From: Myxococcota bacterium
Lineage (GTDB): Bacteria; Myxococcota_A; Polyangia; Polyangiales; Sandaracinaceae
Direction: 5' to 3'
Assembly (NCBI GenBank): GCA_036149055.1
Contig: JAYZQJ010000133.1
Coordinates: 1 to 64,000 of the forward strand
Length of the DNA stretch: 64,000 nucleotides
This document shows positions 43,781-52,803 of this stretch, in pieces (the first letter of the stretch is position 1; the number at the start of each line of letters is the position of its first letter). Below the pieces are notes generated by a model. That model had not been told where the DNA came from and did not search any database. It saw nothing but the letters and a program-made list of their open reading frames with translations. Both the position numbers and the translations under genes were made by a program.

Positions 43781-45130
43781 TCAGAAGGCCTTCGGGGCCG
43801 CGTCGAGCTCGGCGTCGGCGGCGCTCGGGAGCTCGGTGTCGGCCGGGCTGACCGCCGCCTTCTTCTGCCCCCACTTCGTGCGGCCGGTGATCTGCATCAT
43901 CACGAAGAGCGTGAGGATGGCGCCGATGGTGATGGCGAGGCCGGTGAAGCCCTCCCACATGAAGGTGTAGGAGAAGAGCACCAGGTAGAGGAGCTGGCTG
44001 ATGCCGATGTGCTGCAGCGCGAAGCGCCAGCCGGTGAACAGCCGCGCGTAGGTCGTGACGAGCAGGACCGAGACGCCGGCGCTGATCGCGAACGAGGCGC
44101 CGATCTCGAGGTGATCCACCAGGTAGGCGAAGAGCAGGTGGAACGCGAAGAAGCTCGTGCCGAGGAAGAAGTAGTGCATCGGGTGCAGGTCCTTCTTGCG
44201 GTCCATCGCGAGGATGCCGACCACGAAGAAGAAGAACAGCAGGCCCACCGGCGCGAAGAAGGTGATGCGCGCCGCGAGCGGGCCGGGGTTCACCCGCACC
44301 GGCATCTCGACCCCGATCGGGCGGTTGGCGATCAGGCTCTCGAAGTCCCAGACGCCGCGCCAGCCGTCGCCGCGCTGGCCGTGCTCGGTCGGGCTGAGCG
44401 TGTCCTCGGGGAAGTCGACCTCGCCGAAGTCGGTGGTGATCGCGAGCCGGAAGTTGCGGACCCGCGAGGTGCCGGCGGCCATGCGGTAGCGCCAGGTCTC
44501 GGTGCCGCGGCTCCGGTAGGTCACCCGGAAGGTGCGCGCCTCGCCGGGCGCCATCTCCGTGGTCCAGGCGGCGTGCTCCCCTTCGATGGCGAAGTCGACG
44601 CTGCGCCCCTCCTCGTCCTCGACGTCGAAGGCGTCGTAGGTCGCGTTGGGGGCGCCGACCGGCGCGTAGCTGCGGCTCGAGTCCCAGCCCTGCTCGGCCG
44701 CGCGGGCGGAGAGCGGGAACACCAGCTGGATCTCCCGCGCGACGTCGGTGTCGTTGCGGAAGGTGTACCGGCCGTCGAGCGAGACGGTGTAGGTCGGGTA
44801 CCAGGAGAGCCCGCGCCGCCGGTGCTCGAGGTCGAGGTCCACCTCGACGTCGGTGCGGGTCAGCTCGATCGCGACCTCGCGCGTGGTCGTCGTCGGCGGC
44901 TGCGGGTTGCCGCTCGGGTCGTAGGTCACGGTGCCCGGCGTGGACGGCTCGGGCTCGCGGAAGAAGGCCCGCGGCTGCCCCTGCTCCGCCGGCGGCCCCC
45001 AGAGCTGATGCACGTCCCCCTGCCCGCTGATGCCCGAGTCGTCCGAGCGGACGAGCAGGGTCGAGCCGAGGATCACCCACGCGAAGCTGCAGCCGATCCA
45101 GACGGTGGCGATGCCGAACAGTCTCTTCAT
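43781..45130 (-). CDS. CreD-like inner membrane protein
   Basis: N-terminal TM, large periplasmic domain, C-terminal TM bundle with LHPMHY and LFAYLVDH. Confidence 0.65.
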   Translation of the reverse strand: MKRLFGIATVWIGCSFAWVILGSTLLVRSDDSGISGQGDVHQLWGPPAEQGQPRAFFREPEPSTPGTVTYDPSGNPQPPTTTTREVAIELTRTDVEVDLDLEHRRRGLSWYPTYTVSLDGRYTFRNDTDVAREIQLVFPLSARAAEQGWDSSRSYAPVGAPNATYDAFDVEDEEGRSVDFAIEGEHAAWTTEMAPGEARTFRVTYRSRGTETWRYRMAAGTSRVRNFRLAITTDFGEVDFPEDTLSPTEHGQRGDGWRGVWDFESLIANRPIGVEMPVRVNPGPLAARITFFAPVGLLFFFFVVGILAMDRKKDLHPMHYFFLGTSFFAFHLLFAYLVDHLEIGASFAISAGVSVLLVTTYARLFTGWRFALQHIGISQLLYLVLFSYTFMWEGFTGLAITIGAILTLFVMMQITGRTKWGQKKAAVSPADTELPSAADAELDAAPKAF

Positions 45131-45249
45131 CTCTCTTTGCCTCCCGACCCATGGATACGCTCGGGGTGGCGCGACGCTCCGTCGGCGGCGAGGAGAGAAG
45201 GAGGACCAATTGTGGCGAAGTTATGGCGGCGGCGAAGATGTGGCGGCGG

Positions 45250-45546
45250 CTACTCGATGATCACCACGCCGCCCGCCTCGCGGACCCGGAACACGGGGTT
45301 CGACTCGCCGCGGCCGACCTCCGTCAGCACCTCTCCGGTGCGCACGTCGAGGCGCCAGCCGTGCCCCGCGCAGACCACCACGTGGCCCTCCATGCGCCCC
45401 TCGCAGAGGCTCTGACCGCTGTGCGGGCAGGCGTCCTCGATCGCGTAGACCCGGCCGTCGACCCGCACCGCGAGCACGTCGTAGGGCGGCCTCGGGCAGC
45501 GCACCGGCGCGCCGTCGACCAGCGCGTCGGACGGGAGCCGGATCAA
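45250..45546 (-). CDS. Rieske (2Fe-2S) ferredoxin
   Basis: CPH..L.EG..CAGHGW.LD.RTG; TTG start overlapping the upstream stop. Confidence 0.82.
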   Translation of the reverse strand: MIRLPSDALVDGAPVRCPRPPYDVLAVRVDGRVYAIEDACPHSGQSLCEGRMEGHVVVCAGHGWRLDVRTGEVLTEVGRGESNPVFRVREAGGVVIIE

Positions 45547-46229
45547 TGCAGCTCGCCGCCGTGCCCGGAGCTTCGCAGCTGCGCGAGCAGATCGACGAGC
45601 GCGTCGTGCACCCGGGCGAGCCGCACCTTCACGTCCACCGCCTCGAGGAGCTGCTGGCGCGCCTCGGGCTCCGAGACCAGACGGTCGGCGATGCGGTCGG
45701 CGAGCACGCCCGGCGGCGTCTGCGCGTCCACCCCGAGGTGGAAGTCCGGGTAGCGCTCCCGGACCAGCGCGACCACCGAGGCCGCCGTGGCCAGCACCGG
45801 CGTGGTCACCTTGTGGATCGCCTCGGGGTGCGTCTCGCGATCGTCGAGGCGCGTCGCCTTGGCGCGGCGGTAGGAGAGGCCGCCCTCGGGCAGCTCCTCG
45901 AGCTTCACGCGGGAGAGCCCGTGGAGCAGGAGATCGAAGCGGCCGTCCTCGCGGCGTCGCCAGTCGAGGATGCGGCCGGCGCCCGCGATCTCGTGGATCT
46001 CGGGGCGGCCCTCGTAGTCGGCCTCCCAGTCGCCGCGCAGCAGCGTCACCGCCATCGCCATCGGGCCCTTGGAGACGCAGTCCTCCATCATGTCGCGGTA
46101 GCGCTCCTCGAAGAGGTGGAGCGGCAACGTGGACCCGGGGAAGAACACCACGCGCGGCAGCGGGAACACCGGCAGGTTGGAGAGCTCTTCGTCGGTCAGG
46201 GGCTCCGTCTCTTCGGGGAGCTCGATCAT
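45543..46229 (-). CDS. LON peptidase substrate-binding (N-terminal) domain protein
   Basis: LPVFPL..VFFPG..LPLHLFEERYRDM and RQQLLE..D...RL. Confidence 0.88.
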   Translation of the reverse strand: MIELPEETEPLTDEELSNLPVFPLPRVVFFPGSTLPLHLFEERYRDMMEDCVSKGPMAMAVTLLRGDWEADYEGRPEIHEIAGAGRILDWRRREDGRFDLLLHGLSRVKLEELPEGGLSYRRAKATRLDDRETHPEAIHKVTTPVLATAASVVALVRERYPDFHLGVDAQTPPGVLADRIADRLVSEPEARQQLLEAVDVKVRLARVHDALVDLLAQLRSSGHGGELH

Positions 46230-46813
46230 GGTTCGCCTCGGCCGGTGATTTGAATGGCGCTGAGCAGCTGTTGTTGGAGCGACGGGTCTTCACTCATGGA
46301 GCCCGCGAACGCAAGCGTCGTGGCCCGGGAAGCGTGACGCCGGTCCCCCCGCGCCGTCATGCACGTGGGAGCTAGGTCCACGACCGCGCCAGCGCCACGC
46401 GCGCCGAGGTGGGTGACGAGCGCCTCGGCGATGTCGCGCCCGAGATCCTCCTGCAAGCGGAGGCGACGCGCGAAGCAGTCGACGAGCCGGCCGAGGGCGC
46501 CGAAGCCGACCACCCGCTCGCCGGGAAAGTAACCCACGTGCACCACGCCGGCGGCGGGCATCAGGTGGTGCGGGCACATCGTGGCCGTCGCGAGATCGGT
46601 GACCACCACCAGCCCCGGCGCGTTCGACGCGGTCGCGTCGGCGAGGATCTCGGCCGGATCGTCCGCGTAGCCGGAGAGGAGGTCCTCGGCCCAGGCCTCG
46701 GCGACGCGCCGGCCGGTGCCCTCGAGCTCGGGGTCTCGTCCGACCGGAGCGCCCACGGCGCGCAGAAAGGCTTCGATCGCGCGCGCGGCGCCGTCGAGGT
46801 CGGGATCCGGCAT
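46226..46813 (-). CDS. folE: GTP cyclohydrolase I-like protein (divergent)
   Basis: TGRRVA, MCPHHLMP, RLVDCFARRLRLQE and CMTARG. Confidence 0.75.
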   Translation of the reverse strand: MPDPDLDGAARAIEAFLRAVGAPVGRDPELEGTGRRVAEAWAEDLLSGYADDPAEILADATASNAPGLVVVTDLATATMCPHHLMPAAGVVHVGYFPGERVVGFGALGRLVDCFARRLRLQEDLGRDIAEALVTHLGARGAGAVVDLAPTCMTARGDRRHASRATTLAFAGSMSEDPSLQQQLLSAIQITGRGEP

Positions 46814-46823
46814 GACGCCCGGT

Positions 46824-47375
46824 CTACTTGCAGTCCCGGCCCCAGAGCAACCGCATCGCCCGGGGCAGATCGCTGCGCTCCATGACGTCGCAGTCGAAGC
46901 AGCTCTCGGGGAAGCTCTTGGACTCGCAGCCCTGGCACTCCTGGATGATCGCGACGGTCTGCGCCAGCTCCTCGCGGAGGCGGCGGAGGCACGCGATCTT
47001 GCGCTGCATCTCCTCGATCTGGCCCTCGAGGACCTCCTGCATCGCCTGGCTCGCGCCCTCCGGCGACGGGTGCTCCTTCTTCAGCTCGAAGAGGGCCCGG
47101 ATGTCGTTGAGCGAGAGGCCGGCCTCGCGCAGATCCATGATGAGCTGCAGCTTGGCGAGGTTGTCCTTGCCGAAGAGGCGGTGGCCTCCCTCGGTGCGGG
47201 TCTCCGGACAGAGGACGCCGGCCTCTTCGTAGAAGCGGACCGTGCGCACCGTGGTGTCGCAGGCCCGGGCCAGGTCCCCCGTCGTGAGGGGCCTCAGCCG
47301 GTCGCACGGGACCTCGGGCTCGTCCGACGCGGGGTCGGCGGCGCTCGGGTCGGGGTGTGTGCTCTCGGCGGCCAT
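46824..47375 (-). CDS. MerR family regulator with Cys-rich C-terminus
   Basis: TTGDLAR..TVRTVRFYEEAG..GGHRLF; CQGC..CFDC. Confidence 0.88.
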   Translation of the reverse strand: MAAESTHPDPSAADPASDEPEVPCDRLRPLTTGDLARACDTTVRTVRFYEEAGVLCPETRTEGGHRLFGKDNLAKLQLIMDLREAGLSLNDIRALFELKKEHPSPEGASQAMQEVLEGQIEEMQRKIACLRRLREELAQTVAIIQECQGCESKSFPESCFDCDVMERSDLPRAMRLLWGRDCK

Positions 47376-47425
47376 ACGTGTTTTCTGCTTTGTTTTCGCT
47401 CGATTTCGGGGCGAAGCCCTCGATC

Positions 47426-47455
47426 GATATAGGTATCTGACCGGCGCAGTGTCAA
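47426..47455 (-). promoter_or_regulatory. Putative promoter of the merR operon with a dyad overlapping -35
   Basis: TTGACA-18 bp-TATATC; TGAC-N9-GTCA dyad. Confidence 0.45.
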
Positions 47456-47617
47456 CTGGGGCGAGGAGGACGTCCGTGAGGAAATCAACCTCGACGGAAC
47501 TTTGTGGCCGGCAGGAGGAAACCGCCAGGGGCCTCCGACGATGAGGCGGTCAAACCCCCAACGGGGTCGTCCTTGCGGCCCCGGAGTCACGTTGCGTATT
47601 CTCCGCGGAGGTCTTCC

Positions 47618-47995
47618 ATGAGCACCCCCATCAAGCCCCCCGGTGGCTCCCCCGACGGGATCCCCGAGCCGGCTGACACCCCCGAAGGCAGCCAGGTCGA
47701 AGGCGGCGAGCTCCGAGGCATGGTCGAGCGCGCCGGCGCCGATCGGGCCGAGGGCTCGGCCGGCAGCGAGGCGGCGTCGCCGCTCGACGCCGTCCGCGCC
47801 GACGTCGAGGCCGGGCGCATCGACGCCGATCAGGCGATCGAGCGTCTCGTGCAGCGGGCCCTGGCCGGCGCCTCCGGGCTGTCCCCGTCCCAGCGCGACG
47901 CCCTCGAGGCGCAGCTCCGGGACGCGCTCACGGAAGATCCGACCCTGGTCGCCCTGCGGAAGGATCTCGAGCGTGCTTCTTCGGCGAAGCCTTAG
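47618..47995 (+). CDS. Hypothetical protein
   Basis: GGAGG then ATG; disordered N-terminus and helical C-terminus. Confidence 0.7.
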   Translation: MSTPIKPPGGSPDGIPEPADTPEGSQVEGGELRGMVERAGADRAEGSAGSEAASPLDAVRADVEAGRIDADQAIERLVQRALAGASGLSPSQRDALEAQLRDALTEDPTLVALRKDLERASSAKP

Positions 47996-49277
47996 CTTCA
48001 TCACCCTCGCCCTCGCGCTCGCGCTCGCCGCGGGCGCGTCGGCGCAAGAGACGCCCCGCGTCTACATCGTCTCGGTGCCCATGGAGGCGGGCCTCGACGC
48101 GGAGGCCACCCGCGCCGGGGCCGCCGCCCGGGCCGCGCTCCGGGGCATCGAAGGCGTCGACTGGCGCAGCCCCGATCAGCGCTTCCTCGGCTACGACGAC
48201 GCGGCGCTGGGCATCCTCGACCGGGCGCGCGAGCAGCTCGACGCGGGGCGCCAGGCGTACCTGCAGCTCGAGCTCGACGGCGCCATCGAGCAGCTCCGGG
48301 GCGCGGTCGAGAACTTCGACGCCGCCGCGGTGGCGCTCGAGGATCCGAACGACCTCGGTCAGGCGCTCCTCTTCCTCGGCGCCAGCCACGCGTTCAACGG
48401 CCAGACCCGCGACGCGATCAACGTCTTCCGGCGCCTGCACACGCAGATGCCGTTCATCCAGCCCGACCCCGACACCTTCCCGCCGGACGTGGTGCAGCTC
48501 TACGAGCGCGCCCGGCCGCGCGACGCGAGCAACCCGCAGGGCATCGTCTCGATCGACTCGAACCCGCAGGGCGCGATCGCCTACGTGGACTTCCTCGCCC
48601 GCGGCCGGACCCCGATCAACGTCGACGACCTCATCGGCGGCGACCACGTCATCCGCGTGACCCGACCGGGCGCGACGCCCTTCGTCGAGAGCCTCGGGGT
48701 GCGCCGCCGTCGCGCGTCGACCTCGAACGCGTACCTCGTCGACACCCCCGGCCTCGAGGGCCTCGCCGACGCGATCGACGACATCCCCGAGGCGGACATC
48801 GAGACCCTCGACGAGGTGAACCCGATCGCCCGCGTCGCCGAGATGCTGCAGGTCGACAAGATCGGCGTCATCCGCGTCTCGAGCGGCGGCGACGGTCAGG
48901 TCTCGATGGAGCTGCTCCTCTTCGACACCGAGACCGGCCGCCGGCTGGTCCGCGGGCAGGGCAGCGCGCCCACCGCGGTCGGGGAGCTCGAGTCCAGCGT
49001 GCAGCGCGCGGTCAGCGGCGCCTTCGAGGCGGCCCTCCGCCCGTCGCAGGCGACCGACGAGGAGGAGATCCCCGCGTTCACCGACGAGGAGACGCCCTTC
49101 GACCAGCAGGAGGAGCCGAGCGGGCCCCCCGAGCCGCTCATCGAGCAGTGGTGGTTCTGGACGATCATCGGCGTGGTGGTCGCCGGCGGCATCGCGGCGG
49201 GCATCGCCGGCGGGGTCGCCGCTCAGGGTCCTCCGCTCGGGCAGGACCCGGGCGGACAGGTCGTCTTCACGTTCTGA
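47973..49277 (+). CDS. Secreted PEGA domain protein (start approximate)
   Basis: Signal peptide; DSNPQGAIAYVD..GRTP; C-terminal EQWWFWT-TM. Confidence 0.78.
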   Translation: MLLRRSLSFITLALALALAAGASAQETPRVYIVSVPMEAGLDAEATRAGAAARAALRGIEGVDWRSPDQRFLGYDDAALGILDRAREQLDAGRQAYLQLELDGAIEQLRGAVENFDAAAVALEDPNDLGQALLFLGASHAFNGQTRDAINVFRRLHTQMPFIQPDPDTFPPDVVQLYERARPRDASNPQGIVSIDSNPQGAIAYVDFLARGRTPINVDDLIGGDHVIRVTRPGATPFVESLGVRRRRASTSNAYLVDTPGLEGLADAIDDIPEADIETLDEVNPIARVAEMLQVDKIGVIRVSSGGDGQVSMELLLFDTETGRRLVRGQGSAPTAVGELESSVQRAVSGAFEAALRPSQATDEEEIPAFTDEETPFDQQEEPSGPPEPLIEQWWFWTIIGVVVAGGIAAGIAGGVAAQGPPLGQDPGGQVVFTF

Positions 49278-49281
49278 TCCG

Positions 49282-50529
49282 ATGCGCCTCTCCATCACCC
49301 TCGCGGTCGCCCTCGGCCTCGTCGTCTCCGCTCGCGTGGCCTCCGCCCAGGAGGTCACGGCGAGCGCCGTCATGCTGCGTGAGGCCGGCGCGACGCCCGG
49401 CCAGGACGCGGTGGTCTCCACCGGCCTCCGGCGCGGGCTGCGCGACGTGGAGGGCGTCCGCTTCGTGCACCCGGTCGACGTGCTCAGCACCCCGGAGTTC
49501 TCGCCGGACGTGCAGGACGCGATCGACGAGCTCGAGCCCATCGCCGACATGGTGCGCACCGGCGACGCCCGGTACGCCTACCGGCGGGCGGACGAGATCG
49601 CCGAGCTCTTCGAGCAGAACCTCGAGCGCGTGCGCCGCACCCAGCTCGTCGACGCCTACCTGCTCGCCGCCATCGGGCGCTGTCAGGCCGGGCAGCGCCG
49701 GGACTGCGAGGCGCGGCTGCGGGACGTGATCGCCTTCCGCGAGGGCCTCGTCTACGACCCCGACCGCTACGGGCCCGAGACCCAGGAGATCTTCGAGCGC
49801 GTGAAGGTCCGCGCGCTCTCCGGCGGGCGCGGCACGCTGGTCGTCGAGACCGACCCGCCGGGCGCCGAGATCTACGTCGACGGACGGAGCTACGGCCCCT
49901 CACCCGCGCGGGTCGACGGCCTGCTCGCCGGCGGCCACTACGTGACGATCAAGGAGATCGGCCACCTCGAGCGCGTGGTCCGCGCGGAGGTGCGCGCCGG
50001 CCGCGAGAACGTCGAGACCTACGAGCTGACGCCCAACCCGCGCGCGCGCCTCATCGTGAGCGAGGAGGCGCAGGAGCGCATCCGCGGCCAGCTGGGCGAG
50101 ACCCGCGCCGGCCCCGCGATCCGCAGCCTCGGCAACACCCTCGGCACCGCGCAGGTGATCGTCGGCGTGCTGCGGCCCGCGGCGGGCGAGCAAGTCCACG
50201 TGCAGCTCTACCTCTACCACGTGCACACCCGGCTGCTTCAAGGTCAGCTCGAGGCGACCGTCAGCGTCGACGAGGCGGGCATGGAGCGCATGCGCCAGCT
50301 GACGGCCGAGCTCTACGACGGCGTCGACCTCGGCGGCGGCATCGCGGCGCCCGAGGACGACACCGAGATCGCCGGGCCCCAGCCCGAGATCTGGGAGCAG
50401 TGGTGGTTCTGGACGGCGGCGGGCGGCGGCCTGGTGGCCATCATCGCCGGCATCGCCATCGGCGTGCACTTCGCGGGGCAGGAGAACATCCCCCCGGGGT
50501 TCCTCCGCGCCTCCGGCACCCTGCCGTGA
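49282..50529 (+). CDS. Secreted PEGA domain protein, paralog of the upstream gene
   Basis: ETDPPGAEIYVDG..GPSP; C-terminal EQWWFWT-TM. Confidence 0.8.
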   Translation: MRLSITLAVALGLVVSARVASAQEVTASAVMLREAGATPGQDAVVSTGLRRGLRDVEGVRFVHPVDVLSTPEFSPDVQDAIDELEPIADMVRTGDARYAYRRADEIAELFEQNLERVRRTQLVDAYLLAAIGRCQAGQRRDCEARLRDVIAFREGLVYDPDRYGPETQEIFERVKVRALSGGRGTLVVETDPPGAEIYVDGRSYGPSPARVDGLLAGGHYVTIKEIGHLERVVRAEVRAGRENVETYELTPNPRARLIVSEEAQERIRGQLGETRAGPAIRSLGNTLGTAQVIVGVLRPAAGEQVHVQLYLYHVHTRLLQGQLEATVSVDEAGMERMRQLTAELYDGVDLGGGIAAPEDDTEIAGPQPEIWEQWWFWTAAGGGLVAIIAGIAIGVHFAGQENIPPGFLRASGTLP

Positions 50530-51695
50530 TCGCGCGAGGGGGAGCCTCGCTGACCCTGGTGGTGCTCGCGCTGATGGGGTGCGAGAACCCGCCGCCGCCG
50601 CGCGTCGAGCACTTCGAGGACGACGAGCTCGAGGCCGAGGTGATCGAGGAGTCGGAGGAGGACGCCCCGACCGAGCCGCCGCCCGCGCTCGGCCCCGCCG
50701 ACTTCGAGGCGCGCTCCCGCGACGCCCGCGACCGGACGCCGCCGCCGATCACCCCGGCGGCGCACGGGGACGCGGAGTTCGACGGCGAGGAGCCGGTGAT
50801 CGCGCGCCGCTACGTCTACCGCGTCCGCATGGTCGTGCCGGCCGGGGTCGGCGAGAGCGACGTGACGATGATCCCGCCCGCCGCCGAGCTCTTCGTCGAC
50901 GTGGCCCACGAGCGCCTGAGGGCGCGCTTCGCCGGGCGCGGCTGGCCGGTGCCCGCCGGCTCGGAGGTCCGGCTCCGTCGCGACCGCCCGGGGGTCTACG
51001 TCTTCGACGGACGCGGCGGGCGCCCGCTCGAGCCGGGCGGGCTCGCGAGCTGGTTCGAGGGCGGACGGGTGAGCCGCCGCGGCCCGCCGCTCCGCGTGTT
51101 CCCGCACTGGGGCTTCTCGCGGCGGCAGCCCGAGCCGGACGACGAGGAGGCCCCGGGCGAGCTGATGTGCGCGCTCCTCGCCGAGCTGGCCGGCGAGCCG
51201 CGGGAGAACGTCATGCGGCGCTGCGAGCGAGGCGCGCCGCATCTCTGGCGCATGGGCTTCTGGCGGGCCGAGCAGACCGCGGGCGTGCCCCTCGAGCTGC
51301 CGCGGAGCGCGATGCGGGCCGACGAGCGCGAGCCGCCGCGCCCGATCGCCGAGGCCTCCAGCCGCGCCTTCCTCGAGCCCGAGGCGCTGTCCCGGCTGCC
51401 CGCGCGCGCCGCGACCGACGAGCCGGCGGAGGGCGCGCCGGCCGAGGGGCTGCGGGTCCGCAACGACTCGGCCACCCGGGTCCTGGTCGCGGTGGGCGGC
51501 GTGCTCGCGGGGTTCGTCGACGCCGGGTCCGAGGGCTGGTTCGTGGGCCTCGCCCCGGGCGAGCACGAGGTCGGCGCGCTCCGCCCCCTGGGCGCGGTGG
51601 TGCAGCGGAGCCGGCCGGTGCGGGTGCCGGGCGTGCACCGGGTCTGCGACGGACGCTGCAGCCGCCGCCCTCCCCCGGAGGAGACGCCCGAGTGA
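50526..51695 (+). CDS. Hypothetical lipoprotein
   Basis: LMGC lipobox; GTGA overlap with the upstream gene. Confidence 0.7.
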   Translation: MIARGGASLTLVVLALMGCENPPPPRVEHFEDDELEAEVIEESEEDAPTEPPPALGPADFEARSRDARDRTPPPITPAAHGDAEFDGEEPVIARRYVYRVRMVVPAGVGESDVTMIPPAAELFVDVAHERLRARFAGRGWPVPAGSEVRLRRDRPGVYVFDGRGGRPLEPGGLASWFEGGRVSRRGPPLRVFPHWGFSRRQPEPDDEEAPGELMCALLAELAGEPRENVMRRCERGAPHLWRMGFWRAEQTAGVPLELPRSAMRADEREPPRPIAEASSRAFLEPEALSRLPARAATDEPAEGAPAEGLRVRNDSATRVLVAVGGVLAGFVDAGSEGWFVGLAPGEHEVGALRPLGAVVQRSRPVRVPGVHRVCDGRCSRRPPPEETPE

Positions 51696-51735
51696 CGGCC
51701 TTGCGTTTCCGCCGCCGCTGCGGTGTGCTGCGCCG

Positions 51736-52014
51736 GTGACGCGAGAGGACGAAGCCATCACCCAGCCCGATCTCGTGCTGGGCGAAGAGGAGCGCCTCCA
51801 GGCCCTCGACCTCTGGCTCGAGCACATCGAGATCCCGGCGATCCTGATCCCGCTGCTCGAAGGCGTGGTGCTCGGCCATCACCACGGTGACCTCGCGGCC
51901 TACCTCGGGGCCGAGCTCCAGGAGCTGCCGCTCTGGGAGCGCTGCTTCGCCCGCTGGGCCGAGCAGACGGTCTACCAGGCGGCGGCGGACATTCTCGACG
52001 CTGCCCGGCGGTGA
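51736..52014 (+). CDS. Small hypothetical protein
   Basis: Protein-like composition; fills the gap before the palindrome. Confidence 0.5.
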   Translation: MTREDEAITQPDLVLGEEERLQALDLWLEHIEIPAILIPLLEGVVLGHHHGDLAAYLGAELQELPLWERCFARWAEQTVYQAAADILDAARR

Positions 52015-52057
52015 TCGATGTGGGCCGAGTGTCCGCGGGCACGGGCACGGGCACGGG

Positions 52058-52081
52058 GATCACGCCGCGCGCGGCGTGATC
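52058..52081. terminator. Perfect 24-bp palindrome between convergent genes
   Basis: GATCACGCCGCG/CGCGGCGTGATC, preceded by (GGGCAC)3; no U tract. Confidence 0.45.
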
Positions 52082-52676
52082 AGGCGTCGACCGCGGGGCT
52101 CTTGCCGTCGAGGACCGACGCGTAGACCTCGTGGCTGAGCTCGACCGGGCCCTCGCCCTTCGAGGCCGCGAGCGCGCCGAGCACCGAGAGGGTCTGCTCG
52201 ACGACCTCGTGGCGCACCGCGAGGCGGTGGTAGTCCTCCTCGCGCACCGGGCCGGTCGCCTCGAGGGAGCGGGTGACCGCCTCGCGGTCCTCGGGCATCA
52301 GCGCGAGGTGCGCCGCCCAGTCGGCGAGGGCCTGCCCGTGGAGCGCCTCGAGCACCACCCCGATGGGGTTGAGGCTGAGGAACACGCGCTCCCCCTCGAG
52401 CCGCCAGCCCTGGTAGTCCTCCTTCGGCGTGTGCCACCGGAACCCGGGCAGGGTGCGGCGGAGGACCTCGCCGAAGTAGGCGCCGGCGCAGGGAGCGACG
52501 AGGGCGACGACCTTCTCGTCCGGCACGCCGCCGTCCTCCTCGCGCAGGGAGATCAGGTAGTGGTCGAGGATCGGGAGCGTCTCCGCGGTGAAGTCGAGGT
52601 CGAAGCCGAGCTTCTCCTTGACCAGCCGGAAGGCGCCGAGCGCCAGGTCCTCGACGACGGCGGGGGTGTCGGACAT
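52080..52676 (-). CDS. Hypothetical protein
   Basis: LDFTAETL..LD and GAYFGEV..W pattern; family uncertain. Confidence 0.7.
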   Translation of the reverse strand: MSDTPAVVEDLALGAFRLVKEKLGFDLDFTAETLPILDHYLISLREEDGGVPDEKVVALVAPCAGAYFGEVLRRTLPGFRWHTPKEDYQGWRLEGERVFLSLNPIGVVLEALHGQALADWAAHLALMPEDREAVTRSLEATGPVREEDYHRLAVRHEVVEQTLSVLGALAASKGEGPVELSHEVYASVLDGKSPAVDA

Positions 52677-52803
52677 CGCGGCCGCAACGTAGCAGAAGCC
52701 GGCCGCCGCGCATGAAGGGCAGGATCCTGTAAGTCTCCGCGTAGGTCGGACCGTCCGGGGATCTGTGATACACGAACCGGATGTTTCGAGCCGGGCAGGA
52801 GCG

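Noticed and set aside
47618..47995. FlgM-like anti-sigma factor
   Set aside because: The resemblance is faint and there is no flagellar or sigma-factor context.
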